From a virus (lineage: Duplodnaviria > Caudoviricetes): a DNA stretch of 57,546 bases. Shown piece after piece: positions 14,791 to 24,700 of this stretch (position 1 is its first letter; each line of letters begins with the position of its first letter). The DNA lies in IMG/VR virus record IMGVR_UViG_3300046171_000107, positions 1-57,546 of that record. The stretch is one strand, 5' to 3'. A model generated the notes under the pieces. The model worked only from the letters and a program-made list of their open reading frames with translations. It had not been told where the DNA came from and did no database searches. A program made the translations under genes and the position numbers.

Positions 14791-16331
14791 TAGAAAGGTG
14801 CCTCCGTTTGTTCTGACCCAAAGTTAGGGCTGTTAAACTCAATATCTCCTGACTCAAATGCTGGAACCTGCCATACCCTGACAGTTCGAGACTTGATGCG
14901 CAGAACAGTGCTGTCGCCGCCCCTGTCCCGTAGACGCTGGGCTATCTTGTGTGACTTGTACTCAAAGAACTTGTTGCGCTTCAGGAAGGACTCAAAGTCT
15001 TTAAGGCGGAAATATGTCACGCCCTCTTCCTCATCTGTCCAAGGCCGCTTGAGCAGGATCTCCTCTTTGTCATTAGCCTTCTGCATATGAGCGCAGAACT
15101 CTTCCAAGTAATCGTAGAATTGACCGCTGATGCTGGCATCTTCCGCCACTTCCATAATTGCGCTTTCGTTGTCGCGCATCTCATTCATCAAAGCACCGAT
15201 ACGCCCCTCCCAAATCTGCTTGCTGACAGAGCGTGGCATGAAGTTAAGTTGCTCCATACAGGCCTTCTGGAATACCGGCTGGCTCATCAGAGCCTCTGTA
15301 TCAAGTTCTACGGGCTCCCCGTTTACATCCACAAACCAGACGGGCGGGACAGAGTTGTATTTACGCAGGTTAGCGATAGCCGCGCCTTGAATAGCCGCCC
15401 CGACACCGTGCTTACGGGTCTGACACAATTCTTTGTTACAGTGCGCGTTGATAGGCGCATCACTACACTTATATGTGTAGTCTTTGCGGTTTAGCTGCTT
15501 GGTTATCACAGTGACTTCGTTGATAGCCAAGGGCGGATCTAAGTATTGCAGGTTGTATGTCATAATTTCGGTCTCCCAGCTATCTGGGTAGGCCTTGCGT
15601 ACATACACGCCTAAATTAAACAGCCCGTTGTTGCGGGCACCTTCGCCTATTTTGTTTTTAACCAGAAACTGTAGACAGGGCGGCCCGTCTTTTAGCGTGG
15701 CAGACTCCGCCTCGTCACCTATTTGCAGTTGCAGTAACTGCTCTGGTGTCTGCTTGTGCGTCTCATATAACTCAAAGAACTCGTCGAGCGTGGCAGACGT
15801 GCCGTCATCTTTAATCGCGTAGCGTAGGCCGTCTTCCGCGTCGTAATAAGGTAGGTTCAGGAAGTTGCCAACATCGTCGCGGTCAAGATGCAGTTTTACC
15901 TGCTTTGGAAATATCTCACTGCCGCCATATCCCAATGCGGCAGAAATCTGTTGCAGGGTAGCCTGCATATCTTTGGCTTCTACCCACTCTGTAGTGAACA
16001 GGAAGCAGTGTGCGCCGCCGGACTTAGAGCGGCAGACAACAAGCGGTAGTTTTAACTTACGGATCTTTTCTACCAGTAGCTTGTGGTCAAGCGGATACTG
16101 GTCAACATCAATACAACCCCAGACACAGTTGTTGTCTTCGTTAATCGGAATAATACCAATAGCACGGCCTTTGCCGGACAGGTGCCCTTCCCAAAGTGCC
16201 GTGGTGCGCGGTTCGCGCATGATAGCGGCACGGCCCGTGTTCTTCCCGTTGGCCTGCTTCTTTTCGACTTTATATGTGCCGTAGGCCAACTGTAGGCCAT
16301 TAAATACGGCGGAAAACTTTTCTACAGACAT
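14790..16331 (-). CDS. AEP-superfamily primase with PriCT-like domain
   Basis: CIDVD, SKSGGAH, GNFLNLPY, GARNNGLF motifs. Confidence 0.8.
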   Translation of the reverse strand: MSVEKFSAVFNGLQLAYGTYKVEKKQANGKNTGRAAIMREPRTTALWEGHLSGKGRAIGIIPINEDNNCVWGCIDVDQYPLDHKLLVEKIRKLKLPLVVCRSKSGGAHCFLFTTEWVEAKDMQATLQQISAALGYGGSEIFPKQVKLHLDRDDVGNFLNLPYYDAEDGLRYAIKDDGTSATLDEFFELYETHKQTPEQLLQLQIGDEAESATLKDGPPCLQFLVKNKIGEGARNNGLFNLGVYVRKAYPDSWETEIMTYNLQYLDPPLAINEVTVITKQLNRKDYTYKCSDAPINAHCNKELCQTRKHGVGAAIQGAAIANLRKYNSVPPVWFVDVNGEPVELDTEALMSQPVFQKACMEQLNFMPRSVSKQIWEGRIGALMNEMRDNESAIMEVAEDASISGQFYDYLEEFCAHMQKANDKEEILLKRPWTDEEEGVTYFRLKDFESFLKRNKFFEYKSHKIAQRLRDRGGDSTVLRIKSRTVRVWQVPAFESGDIEFNSPNFGSEQTEAPF

Positions 16332-16340
16332 GACGCCCCC

Positions 16341-16381
16341 AAAAGAAAAAGGGTGACGTTATAACGCTATAACGCCACCCC
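16341..16381 (-). terminator. Rho-independent terminator
   Basis: GGGTGGCGTTATA-gcgt-TATAACGTCACCC followed by TTTTTCTTTT. Confidence 0.8.
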
Positions 16382-16387
16382 AGTTAC

Positions 16388-17179
16388 TTAGAACGGCACG
16401 TCGTCGGAGAGGTTTTCTCCGCTAACATTATCGTCCTGATGCTTCACAACAACGTCACCTGACTGGATACTTGCGTTGAACTCTTTTGCACGGTTGTACA
16501 GGTTCATATCCTCGACAGGACCGACGCGGCTCATTTCCCAGCCGTGCCAGCTACCTTTGCTGTTTTCTTCCAGTTGCGTCTTGAGGTGGTAAACATGGCT
16601 AAAACGTGGCGGGGTAAACGGCCCATTCTTGCCCTGCATTGTTACCGAAGACACCATGCTGTTCCATTTTCTGGACTTCTTTAGCTGGGTGGACTTCATC
16701 GCAATCAACGCAGTCTCAGCAGAGCCGTCGTCGTTAAGGACGATGACAAAGTGCTGGTGCGTCTCTTCGATGTACTGACCGGATCCGTCGTTGACGTATT
16801 CCTTGTTGTCATCAACAGACCGCTCAGTTTTTGGCATCTTTTCACCCGGTGAGTAGATAGCCACGGGAGCGCCCGTTCCTTCGCCTCTAGGGGCCCATTG
16901 GATGAACCGACGCTGGTAGGCTACCGGAATGACGTTGATGCCATCCTTGCCTTTGTAAACCATGCCAGAGACACTGTTCAGGATGTCACCCTTACGGGCG
17001 TCTTCTAGGTCGTCAAGCTCCTTGCTCATACCACCCAGAATTTTCAGGAATGGCAGGGCAAGATCATCTTGACCCATATTTTCCAGACCAACACCAGCAT
17101 CGGCCTCAAACATAGTTGGGTCGAACTGGACGATTTCAGCAGTTTTCTGCTCTGCTACAGCATTCTTTTTCTCAGCCAT
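16388..17179 (-). CDS. Putative single-stranded DNA-binding protein
   Basis: Located in the replication module; acidic DDVPF C-terminus; start MAEKK with GAGGAG Shine-Dalgarno. Confidence 0.65.
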   Translation of the reverse strand: MAEKKNAVAEQKTAEIVQFDPTMFEADAGVGLENMGQDDLALPFLKILGGMSKELDDLEDARKGDILNSVSGMVYKGKDGINVIPVAYQRRFIQWAPRGEGTGAPVAIYSPGEKMPKTERSVDDNKEYVNDGSGQYIEETHQHFVIVLNDDGSAETALIAMKSTQLKKSRKWNSMVSSVTMQGKNGPFTPPRFSHVYHLKTQLEENSKGSWHGWEMSRVGPVEDMNLYNRAKEFNASIQSGDVVVKHQDDNVSGENLSDDVPF

Positions 17180-17180
17180 T

Positions 17181-17759
17181 TTATTTGCTCCTCTTAACAA
17201 CGGCTCGTTGACCAATGTAGGCTCCAAACAATTCCATCGGGAAATCGTCTCCGTTCTCGACGCGCTCTTTAACAAAGGCACGAAGTGTCTGCGGGTGGAT
17301 TTCCGTTTTCTGTTCTGCAAGGAAACCTTCTTTTTCAGCAAACTCCTTAAAGGCGGATGCCTTGTCGTCTTCACCGCGGCCAAACTGACACGCGATTGTA
17401 TTTTTGATGATGTCATCATAGCCTCGCTCCCGTAGCCACTCGTATGCCGCCGGACGATTGTCCACCAGAATGCTTGCGCCGTAGGTTTGCTTGACTGTAA
17501 CTTCTGAGCCGTCATCAAGTTTCATGCTAGACAGACCAATTTCCGCTAACATAGTAGGTAGGTCTTCATCCGTCATTTTGAGCAAAACTTTCTTCTCGTC
17601 CTTCAGCTTCTGCTCAAGGTCGTTGATTGCTTTCTCCTTATCACGGATTGCTCTGGCCATCCCAGCGACTGTAGTTAAGTCGCCTTGGTCCAGTTTTTCG
17701 ACTGATGTAGCCAAACTGTCTTCAAAGTCTTGCTCCATCTGTTCAAAGATATCGCTCAT
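17181..17759 (-). CDS. Conserved replication-module protein (coiled-coil N-terminus, HPQTLRAFVKE motif)
   Basis: AGGAG Shine-Dalgarno; motif typical of genes adjacent to the SSB. Confidence 0.8.
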   Translation of the reverse strand: MSDIFEQMEQDFEDSLATSVEKLDQGDLTTVAGMARAIRDKEKAINDLEQKLKDEKKVLLKMTDEDLPTMLAEIGLSSMKLDDGSEVTVKQTYGASILVDNRPAAYEWLRERGYDDIIKNTIACQFGRGEDDKASAFKEFAEKEGFLAEQKTEIHPQTLRAFVKERVENGDDFPMELFGAYIGQRAVVKRSK

Positions 17760-17798
17760 CGCGTTTCTCCTATCGTGGTTAAAGGCACCGTTCGGGCC

Positions 17799-17839
17799 TT
17801 GACAATGTTATATATATGCTTATATTGTCTTAGTGTCAA
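17799..17839. promoter_or_regulatory. Overlapping divergent sigma70 promoters
   Basis: Plus strand TTGACA-16-TATATT; minus strand TTGACA-17-TATATA. Confidence 0.75.
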
Positions 17840-17850
17840 GGAGAAAAATC

Positions 17851-19299
17851 ATGCGGGATTATAATTTTAAAACGAAGCCGTTCGACCACCAGCAGAAAGC
17901 GTGGGAAGACTCGTGGGCCGCGGACTATTACGCACTGTTCATGGAGATGGGAACAGGTAAGTCCAAGGTGGCGATTGACACTATCGGTGCCTTATATAAG
18001 GCAAAGCGGATTAGTGCTGCTTTAATTCTAGCCCCTAAAGGCGTGTATGACAACTGGGTAAAAGGCGAGATACCTACTCACCTGCCCGATGACATTGAGC
18101 GCATGATCGTGCGCTGGACACCATCTACCGCTAAAAAGTTTCAAGAAGACATGAAGGAACTTGTGTATGGCGAGTTTGACGGGCTCAAGGTGTTTGTAAT
18201 GAACGTCGAGGCGCTGTCCACGCCGCGTGGTACGAAGGCCGCATATTTTTTTCTGAAAGAAAATCCTGACAACATAATGGTGGTGGATGAAAGCACGACG
18301 ATCAAAAACCGCAAAGCGACACGCACCAAAAACATTATGATGCTGGCGAAAGACGCCACATATAAACGCATCCTGACGGGATCCCCCGTGACTAAGTCAC
18401 CGATGGATTTGTACTCACAATGTATGTTCCTGTCCCCCGAAGCGCTGGGCTTTAGTAGCTACTATGCCTTTCAGAACCGCTATGCGCTGGTGCAAAAGCG
18501 CAAGATGGGCACTCGTGCCTTTCAGGAAATTGTCGGCTATCGACGGCTGGATGAACTCAACCTCAAACTGGACCGCTTTAGTAACCGCATCCTGAAAGAG
18601 CAGTGCTTGGATTTACCTGATAAGATGTATATACGGCGCGACGTTGAACTGACGGATGAGCAGAAGCGCGTCTACAAGCAGATGAAGAAACTGGCACTTG
18701 CTAAGTTGGAGAATGGGGAGTTAGCTACTACGGCTAGTGTGCTGACACAGATTATGCGGCTACAACAGATATGTTGTGGTCACCTTCAACCGGATGAAGG
18801 GGAAATTCAGGCTCTGGACAACAACCGCTTGCGGGAGTTGCTGGAGATTACTGACGAGTTACAGGGTAAGGCTATCATTTGGGCGACGTATACACACGAC
18901 ATTCAACAGGTAGCCAATGCCCTGCGCGACCGCTTTGGGCCCGAAGCGGTCGCAACCTATTACGGCGCTACGCCGCAAGATGAACGGCAGGAGATCGTGG
19001 AGCGCTTCCAAGAGAAGGACGGGCCGCTACGGTTTTTTGTCGGTCAGCCCAAGACGGGCGGCTACGGCATCACCCTGACTGCGGCGAATACGGTCATTTA
19101 TTACAGCAATAGTTACGACTTAGAGATACGGTTGCAGTCCGAAGATCGCGCACACCGCATTGGGCAGAGCCGTAAGGTGACTTATATCGACTTGGTGTCG
19201 CCCGACACTATCGACGAGAAGGTGCTGAAAGCCTTGCGTAGTAAGATTGACCTCGCCGGTAAAGTGCTAGGCGAAGAGGCTAGGGCTTGGCTGCTTTAA
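17851..19299 (+). CDS. SNF2-family (SF2) helicase
   Basis: MEMGTGKS, DEST, LTGSP, GGYGITLT, QSEDRAHRIGQ; AGGAG Shine-Dalgarno before ATG 17851. Confidence 0.92.
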   Translation: MRDYNFKTKPFDHQQKAWEDSWAADYYALFMEMGTGKSKVAIDTIGALYKAKRISAALILAPKGVYDNWVKGEIPTHLPDDIERMIVRWTPSTAKKFQEDMKELVYGEFDGLKVFVMNVEALSTPRGTKAAYFFLKENPDNIMVVDESTTIKNRKATRTKNIMMLAKDATYKRILTGSPVTKSPMDLYSQCMFLSPEALGFSSYYAFQNRYALVQKRKMGTRAFQEIVGYRRLDELNLKLDRFSNRILKEQCLDLPDKMYIRRDVELTDEQKRVYKQMKKLALAKLENGELATTASVLTQIMRLQQICCGHLQPDEGEIQALDNNRLRELLEITDELQGKAIIWATYTHDIQQVANALRDRFGPEAVATYYGATPQDERQEIVERFQEKDGPLRFFVGQPKTGGYGITLTAANTVIYYSNSYDLEIRLQSEDRAHRIGQSRKVTYIDLVSPDTIDEKVLKALRSKIDLAGKVLGEEARAWLL

Positions 19300-20633
19300 C
19301 CGAAATTAGTGCGGGCTAACTGGAGGCCTCCGGGGCTCGCTGACATTAAACTGGGGGAGCCTAGAGCCAAAGAATTACTTTGTGGCGGGGGTGCCATCAT
19401 CGTCGGGTTGCCCCCTGTTTGAACAATGTGGTTTAAGTACGCTTGAACTTCCGGTGGCTTTACATCGCGTTGTGCTAAACGGCCTTGAGCCATTTGAACT
19501 AAACGGTCTGGTGATAAAGTCATCGGCCCGTAAGCTGATTGACCACCGTCGCCGGGATTAAAATAGCTTTGGGCGCTCCCCGCAAAATCAGGAAGGCCGC
19601 CTGCGGCTGCAAGGCTATTGTAGATAAGCGGGTTCATAGGTGTCGGATCGTAAGGCAACTGCATAGGAGGCCCAGCAAACTCCCCGTCATACCCCATACC
19701 CACTGTTGGCCCACCCGGTGTTAGCGGGTCATTAAACCCGGGTTTTTGTGGGGTTGGAAAACCACCATAAAAATCTAACGGCCCCTGTGTAACGCTTCCA
19801 AAACCGTCATTGCCCAAACCTACCGTTGGCCCACCCGGTGTTAGTGGATCATTAAAGCCGGGTTTTTGTGGGGTCGGAAAACCACCAAACCCAAACGCGG
19901 GGTCGTCTTGAGGCCGCCCATCGGGGACAGGTAGCGGTCCGCCACCAAACAAGCCTTCTGGAATATTTGGTTCAGGGCGCTCATATATTGGTTGAGGCAT
20001 ATTAGGAAACGGGTTGCTAAAGTCAAACCCTTGGTCAGGGTTAGGTAAACCGCCACCACCCTTGTAAAATCCACCAGAGAAAAAGCCGCCGCCTTGATCC
20101 GGCTTGATACCAAACTCCTGATACGCGGCATTAGATACGGTTTCCAGAAACGGATCCACGCGCTGCACGTCAATCTGCTCGTTCAAGTAATCGCCAAACG
20201 GCTGAAGCACCGACATAATTCCGCCACTATTTCCGCCGCCGCCGTAACTTGGATACGCAGGCACCATGCCGCCCTCACGAAAACCAAATCCACCAAAGCC
20301 GTAAGCCTCCGGGTTCTGAGCCACGTTGACGGCTGTCTGTAACTGGCTCTGCCGCTGTGTAGCACGGCCCAAAGCCTCACCTTGAAAAGCATCAATATCG
20401 TCTTGTGTAAAGCCCGGCTGGTCTGGTGCAGTCGGCTCAACACCCTCGAACGGGCTAGTGCGGGGGCCCGCGTTCCAATCTTCTATTGCCTTGTTGTAGT
20501 CTTCGACCTGCTGTTTGTAGGTGTCGTAATTGCCCTTATAGGCGTCAATTTGACTTTGGTAGTCATTTAATTGCGCTAAGTCTTCGCTACGAAGTCGGCG
20601 AGGAATAAATATATGTCCCTGATAAAGCGCCAT
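19296..20633 (-). CDS. Pro/Gly-rich putative virion protein with internal duplication
   Basis: Low complexity; GGFPTPQKPGFNDPLTPGGPTVG x2; FREGGMV motif. Confidence 0.7.
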   Translation of the reverse strand: MALYQGHIFIPRRLRSEDLAQLNDYQSQIDAYKGNYDTYKQQVEDYNKAIEDWNAGPRTSPFEGVEPTAPDQPGFTQDDIDAFQGEALGRATQRQSQLQTAVNVAQNPEAYGFGGFGFREGGMVPAYPSYGGGGNSGGIMSVLQPFGDYLNEQIDVQRVDPFLETVSNAAYQEFGIKPDQGGGFFSGGFYKGGGGLPNPDQGFDFSNPFPNMPQPIYERPEPNIPEGLFGGGPLPVPDGRPQDDPAFGFGGFPTPQKPGFNDPLTPGGPTVGLGNDGFGSVTQGPLDFYGGFPTPQKPGFNDPLTPGGPTVGMGYDGEFAGPPMQLPYDPTPMNPLIYNSLAAAGGLPDFAGSAQSYFNPGDGGQSAYGPMTLSPDRLVQMAQGRLAQRDVKPPEVQAYLNHIVQTGGNPTMMAPPPQSNSLALGSPSLMSASPGGLQLARTNFG

Positions 20634-21322
20634 TACCGTCTCCGCATCAAACTACCAATGCCTTGGTGGACCTCGCCACCTTTGGCAAATTTCATGCCGT
20701 AGCCAATACCTATATCACCCGACAAGTTTGTGCCAATGCCCAAAGTGCCGGGGCCTACTTGTGTGTTATAACCGAAAGTGTCTGTTCCCGGCACGGAGCC
20801 AAAACCTAAGTTTTGTGCGTTCGCTATTGCCTGCCCAACGGAAGTAGGGGTAGATGGTGCGGATATAGATGGTGCAGCCATAGATATGTCTGCCAGTGAC
20901 GGCATACTAAAAGAAGGCCCAAAACTAGCTGTCTGTGCCGCCGAAGGTGAAGGGCCGGGAGCCGCGGTCTGCGGTCCGGGTGCCATAGCAGTTGGTGCCA
21001 TGTCAGCTAGACTTATTCCGGCAACAGGTGCCTGCGGGCCAACATCAAAAAAGCCACTGTCAAAAACTGCACTGCCCACGGCATCTTGAATGCCCTGCGC
21101 AACAGCCTGTTTTTCTGCTGATATAGCGGACATTTCGGGGGCGGGAGAAGTAGGGCGTCCACGTTCTGGCTCTTGAGCAGACGGATCATATCCCGGCTTT
21201 GTAGAGCCTCCCCCACCAGAAGAGCCGCCGTCACCGCCAAAGCAGCCGAACTTGAGTTCAAATTCGTTTAGATGCTCGAAATCATCGTGTAGGCCGTCCG
21301 ACCAACGCTTTTTATACAGCAC
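20633..21322 (-). CDS. Putative ejected virion protein with leader + CFGG motif
   Basis: ...FELKFG-CFGGDGGSSGGGG; C-terminal FAKGGEV..GIGSL. Confidence 0.7.
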   Translation of the reverse strand: MLYKKRWSDGLHDDFEHLNEFELKFGCFGGDGGSSGGGGSTKPGYDPSAQEPERGRPTSPAPEMSAISAEKQAVAQGIQDAVGSAVFDSGFFDVGPQAPVAGISLADMAPTAMAPGPQTAAPGPSPSAAQTASFGPSFSMPSLADISMAAPSISAPSTPTSVGQAIANAQNLGFGSVPGTDTFGYNTQVGPGTLGIGTNLSGDIGIGYGMKFAKGGEVHQGIGSLMRRR

Positions 21323-21761
21323 AGCAATATCTCCTTACATCTAGCTCTGACTGTACGCCGGTGGCATACCCAACACGCTTGCCTTTCATCTGGCGGATGA
21401 AGTTAGCTCCATCAAATGGATAGGTTTCAATATAACGCTCTGTCAGCCTTTTCTGTACAAATCTTCCTAATTTAAGTGCGTTCTGATACGGCGCAATGAA
21501 ATCTATCACATACAGCATACCATCTTTTGGTCCGAAGCTCCATATCTTAGCAGGCAGTTTTGCCGTTCCGTTTACATATCCTTCGCGTATATCCTGCGGC
21601 AGAAACGCATATGTGAAGAGGCCCGTGGGCCGCGAGTCTTCATACATGATCTCCAATTTGCCTTCCGCGATAGCCGGAAGAACAAGCCGGTCTAAGTCTG
21701 CAATGTACCAGTCCCGGTGCATATCTGATCTCAGCATCAGGTCTAGTGCGTCATAAATCAT
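21312..21761 (-). CDS. RTX toxin-activating lysine acyltransferase (HlyC/TAAT family)
   Basis: L..S..HRDW, VLPAI, P.G..TYA.L, W, LYVIDFIAPY match HlyC signature motifs. Confidence 0.8.
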   Translation of the reverse strand: MIYDALDLMLRSDMHRDWYIADLDRLVLPAIAEGKLEIMYEDSRPTGLFTYAFLPQDIREGYVNGTAKLPAKIWSFGPKDGMLYVIDFIAPYQNALKLGRFVQKRLTERYIETYPFDGANFIRQMKGKRVGYATGVQSELDVRRYCCAV

Positions 21762-24700
21762 CCCATAAGGCTCCCAATGCCCTGTTGACGGATCATTGAT
21801 GATGCAATGTCAGTTGGGAACATTGCGGCATAACGGCTCCTGTCCACAGGTCCGCTAGCCACGGGAGGAGGCGCAACGGGCTGTGGTTGAACAGGAGCAG
21901 CCGACGCTAAAGCGGTCGTGGGAGGTGCCACCTGTTGCGTCGGAACTTGTTGAGGTATGAGTGAAGGATCAATAGAAGTCTGGTCTCCGATTTCATTTAA
22001 AAACTCTTCTTCAGAAACGCCCGTTCCAGTGTCCTCCTCTTCCGCCCCTTCTCTAAGCAGATACGGCTGCATTGCTGCGCCACGAACACCAAACTGCTCC
22101 TGTAGAAACCGATTAACCTTCGAGAAAACGCGGGCCTTATCTTTTTGGTTTTGCGGCTTAGCCATTAAAGAAACAGTAAGATCTGGGTCTAAAAAGGTAA
22201 GCTCAAGGAGCTCTAACTTTCTTGAGGCCGGAACACGCATCAATATGTCTTTAGTCATAGACGAGCCGCTTTGCGCCATTTTCAGAGCACCGGGTCCGGG
22301 TTGGCCGCCCGTCAATGTAGAACCTAACTTCGTACCTAACGCAGAACCGGCTATACTCGTATAAAAATCCAAAATGGGGCCTGCTTGTGCCATAAATTCT
22401 GGGTCGTTTAGTTTTCCAGCGGCGTCCGCAGCCTCTACTCGAACAAGCTGTTTGGAAATAAAACGCATTCTACGCATATCTTGCTTAGACATAATATCAT
22501 AGGATTCCATTAAGTCTGCAAGACTAGTTCTGGGATGGTTAGGCAAAGGCTCAAACATAAACCGGTAGAAGGCACTGGGGCTAAATCCTGTACCTTGGCC
22601 GCCCGCTTCCATTAAACCCCTCTGCAAAATAGCTGTTTGCCACGCCTGCTGGATTTGAGGCTTTTCGTCTTTTAAGCTTTTTAACGAAGTAAGACGGAAA
22701 AGTTTCCTGAACTCGTTTATAGGGTTCTTGCTAGAATAAGCGTCATTTATGGCAACGGTAGGCGAAACACCATCAATTAAATCTGACAGATAAGTTTGGT
22801 TTTCTGCTTTTTTCAGTCCCGCATTAGCTCTTTTTGACATTACGTCAAAAGTAGCTTGAGCCGACGCCGCGTTTTCTAAGTCCAGCTTTAGTTGCGGGAA
22901 CAACTCCAACAAATCAGCATTTTCTTTTTTCCAATCAGTCAACCTTTTTGCATTTACGGTAAGTGTTCTTGTTCCGTCGGGGTTAATTTTTTCAGTCAAA
23001 GCTTTCTTCTGGGCATCTCGAAGAGCAGACTCGACCAAATTGTCTACGGTTGTGAAGCTTTCTGAAACGCCCTCAAAGCCTTGATTTTTTGCAAAATCAT
23101 TGATGGCCTGCAACTGCTTCACGCGCAAGCCTGTGATGGAGGCGTTTGACTTTACAAACTCTTCCACCAGCAGTTCCATCGGAACACGTCGTTCACCTGT
23201 CCCCATCTTAGAAAAAGTTTTGCCCAAGATGCCGCGGGTGTATACATCGTTTAATGCTGCGGAATACGCTCGTGCAGCATCGTAGGCGGCCATACCCTCC
23301 GGCACAGCGTTCAAATCATCTAAGATTGCTTCGGCAAACTCTCCCGCAATTCTAGCTGCATCCCGGTTTGGGTTTTGACCACTAGATAGACTTTTTGCTA
23401 AACTCAAGGCGGTAGAGCGCATTTCAATCAGTTCAGACGCGGTCAGCGGCTTCACTTCACGGGAGCCGACCTGCTTACTTAAAGCGTCTAACTCCCGCAG
23501 TTTCCGGTTAAATAAAACAGAAACGGGCAAGTTGGTGGTGCCTTGTTGTGCGGCTTCAATACGGGCTATGTTTTCTGGGCTGAAGTCATTCAAGTCCAGA
23601 CCTTCCGTTAGCTCATCAAATTTCTTACGAGCTTGCGGGTTAGTCTCTTTATATAGGGTGTTGAAAACACCCGTCTCCGGAACAGGGTCCGGAGCCTGTA
23701 GTCCCAACTCAACCCTAGAGTTGTTAACAAACTTAGTTATAGGTTTAAGCGCCTCGTTTATAGTCTCTTGATTTTCTGGACGTTTTTTCTGGTTTTTTTG
23801 CCATGACTGCAAAAAACTAGGCAACGGGCCCCCGGGTTCGATGTTTTCAAACACGGGCACGTCTTCAACGGCCTGCCAAAGTTGTTTTTCTTGTTTGCGG
23901 GCAAAACCAAGTTGTTGGTCTATTACATTACCAAGTTGAAGGGATAAATTAGCGCGAGAAACATTAGCTGTTTGACCCGGTTGATCGGACAACCTTTGTC
24001 TAGCAGTTATTAAATCGTCTACAGCGTTTCTAAGACGAGTGTTGATGGTATCTTCAAACATTGATTTGCGTAGACGAGCAGCCTCCCGCAAAGATGTTTC
24101 GGAGCCTTCTTGAATTAAAGAGTTGATAAATAATAAGCCAAATTCTTTAGCATCCGCATCAGCTTTTTGTCGAGCAGCATCCAACTTCATATTATTAGAC
24201 GCCTGCGCGGACTCCACCGCCATGAGAACAGGATCACCTGTTCTTTGCGCGGCGGTAAACTTAACTCCGGGAAAGAGTTCGTCAAACAGCCCCCTGATCT
24301 CAGGGTTGTTTAACTCTTCCGTAAGTTTTACATAATCGCCGCCATACGTTTCGTAAATTTCATTTATACGATCAAATATACGTTTTTGACGTGCGTTAAT
24401 AGCCTGCTGTTCAATACTTTGAGGGTCCGCCGTCTCAATAATTTTTTCCATTCGAGCCAGTGTTGTAGGCAACGCTCTTGCAACAAACGAGGCAAAAGTG
24501 TTGCCCCCTGCGAACTCGCCAAAAAGACGTGCAGGAGTAGACCCCGGTGCAATACTTTCCGCACCATACGCACCCAAAGATGCACCACCCCCCACAACAG
24601 TTTCTGCAAAAATTGTTGATTTTGGAGCGGCCCTACTTGTTTTACCAAGGTTGCCAAGAAGCTCTTCTGCCGCCGCAGAAAAACGCATTGCTTTGTTAGG

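Noticed and set aside
17180-17518. N-terminal extension of the 376-aa track ORF
   Set aside because: Overlaps the upstream gene; strong Shine-Dalgarno supports a start at 17179
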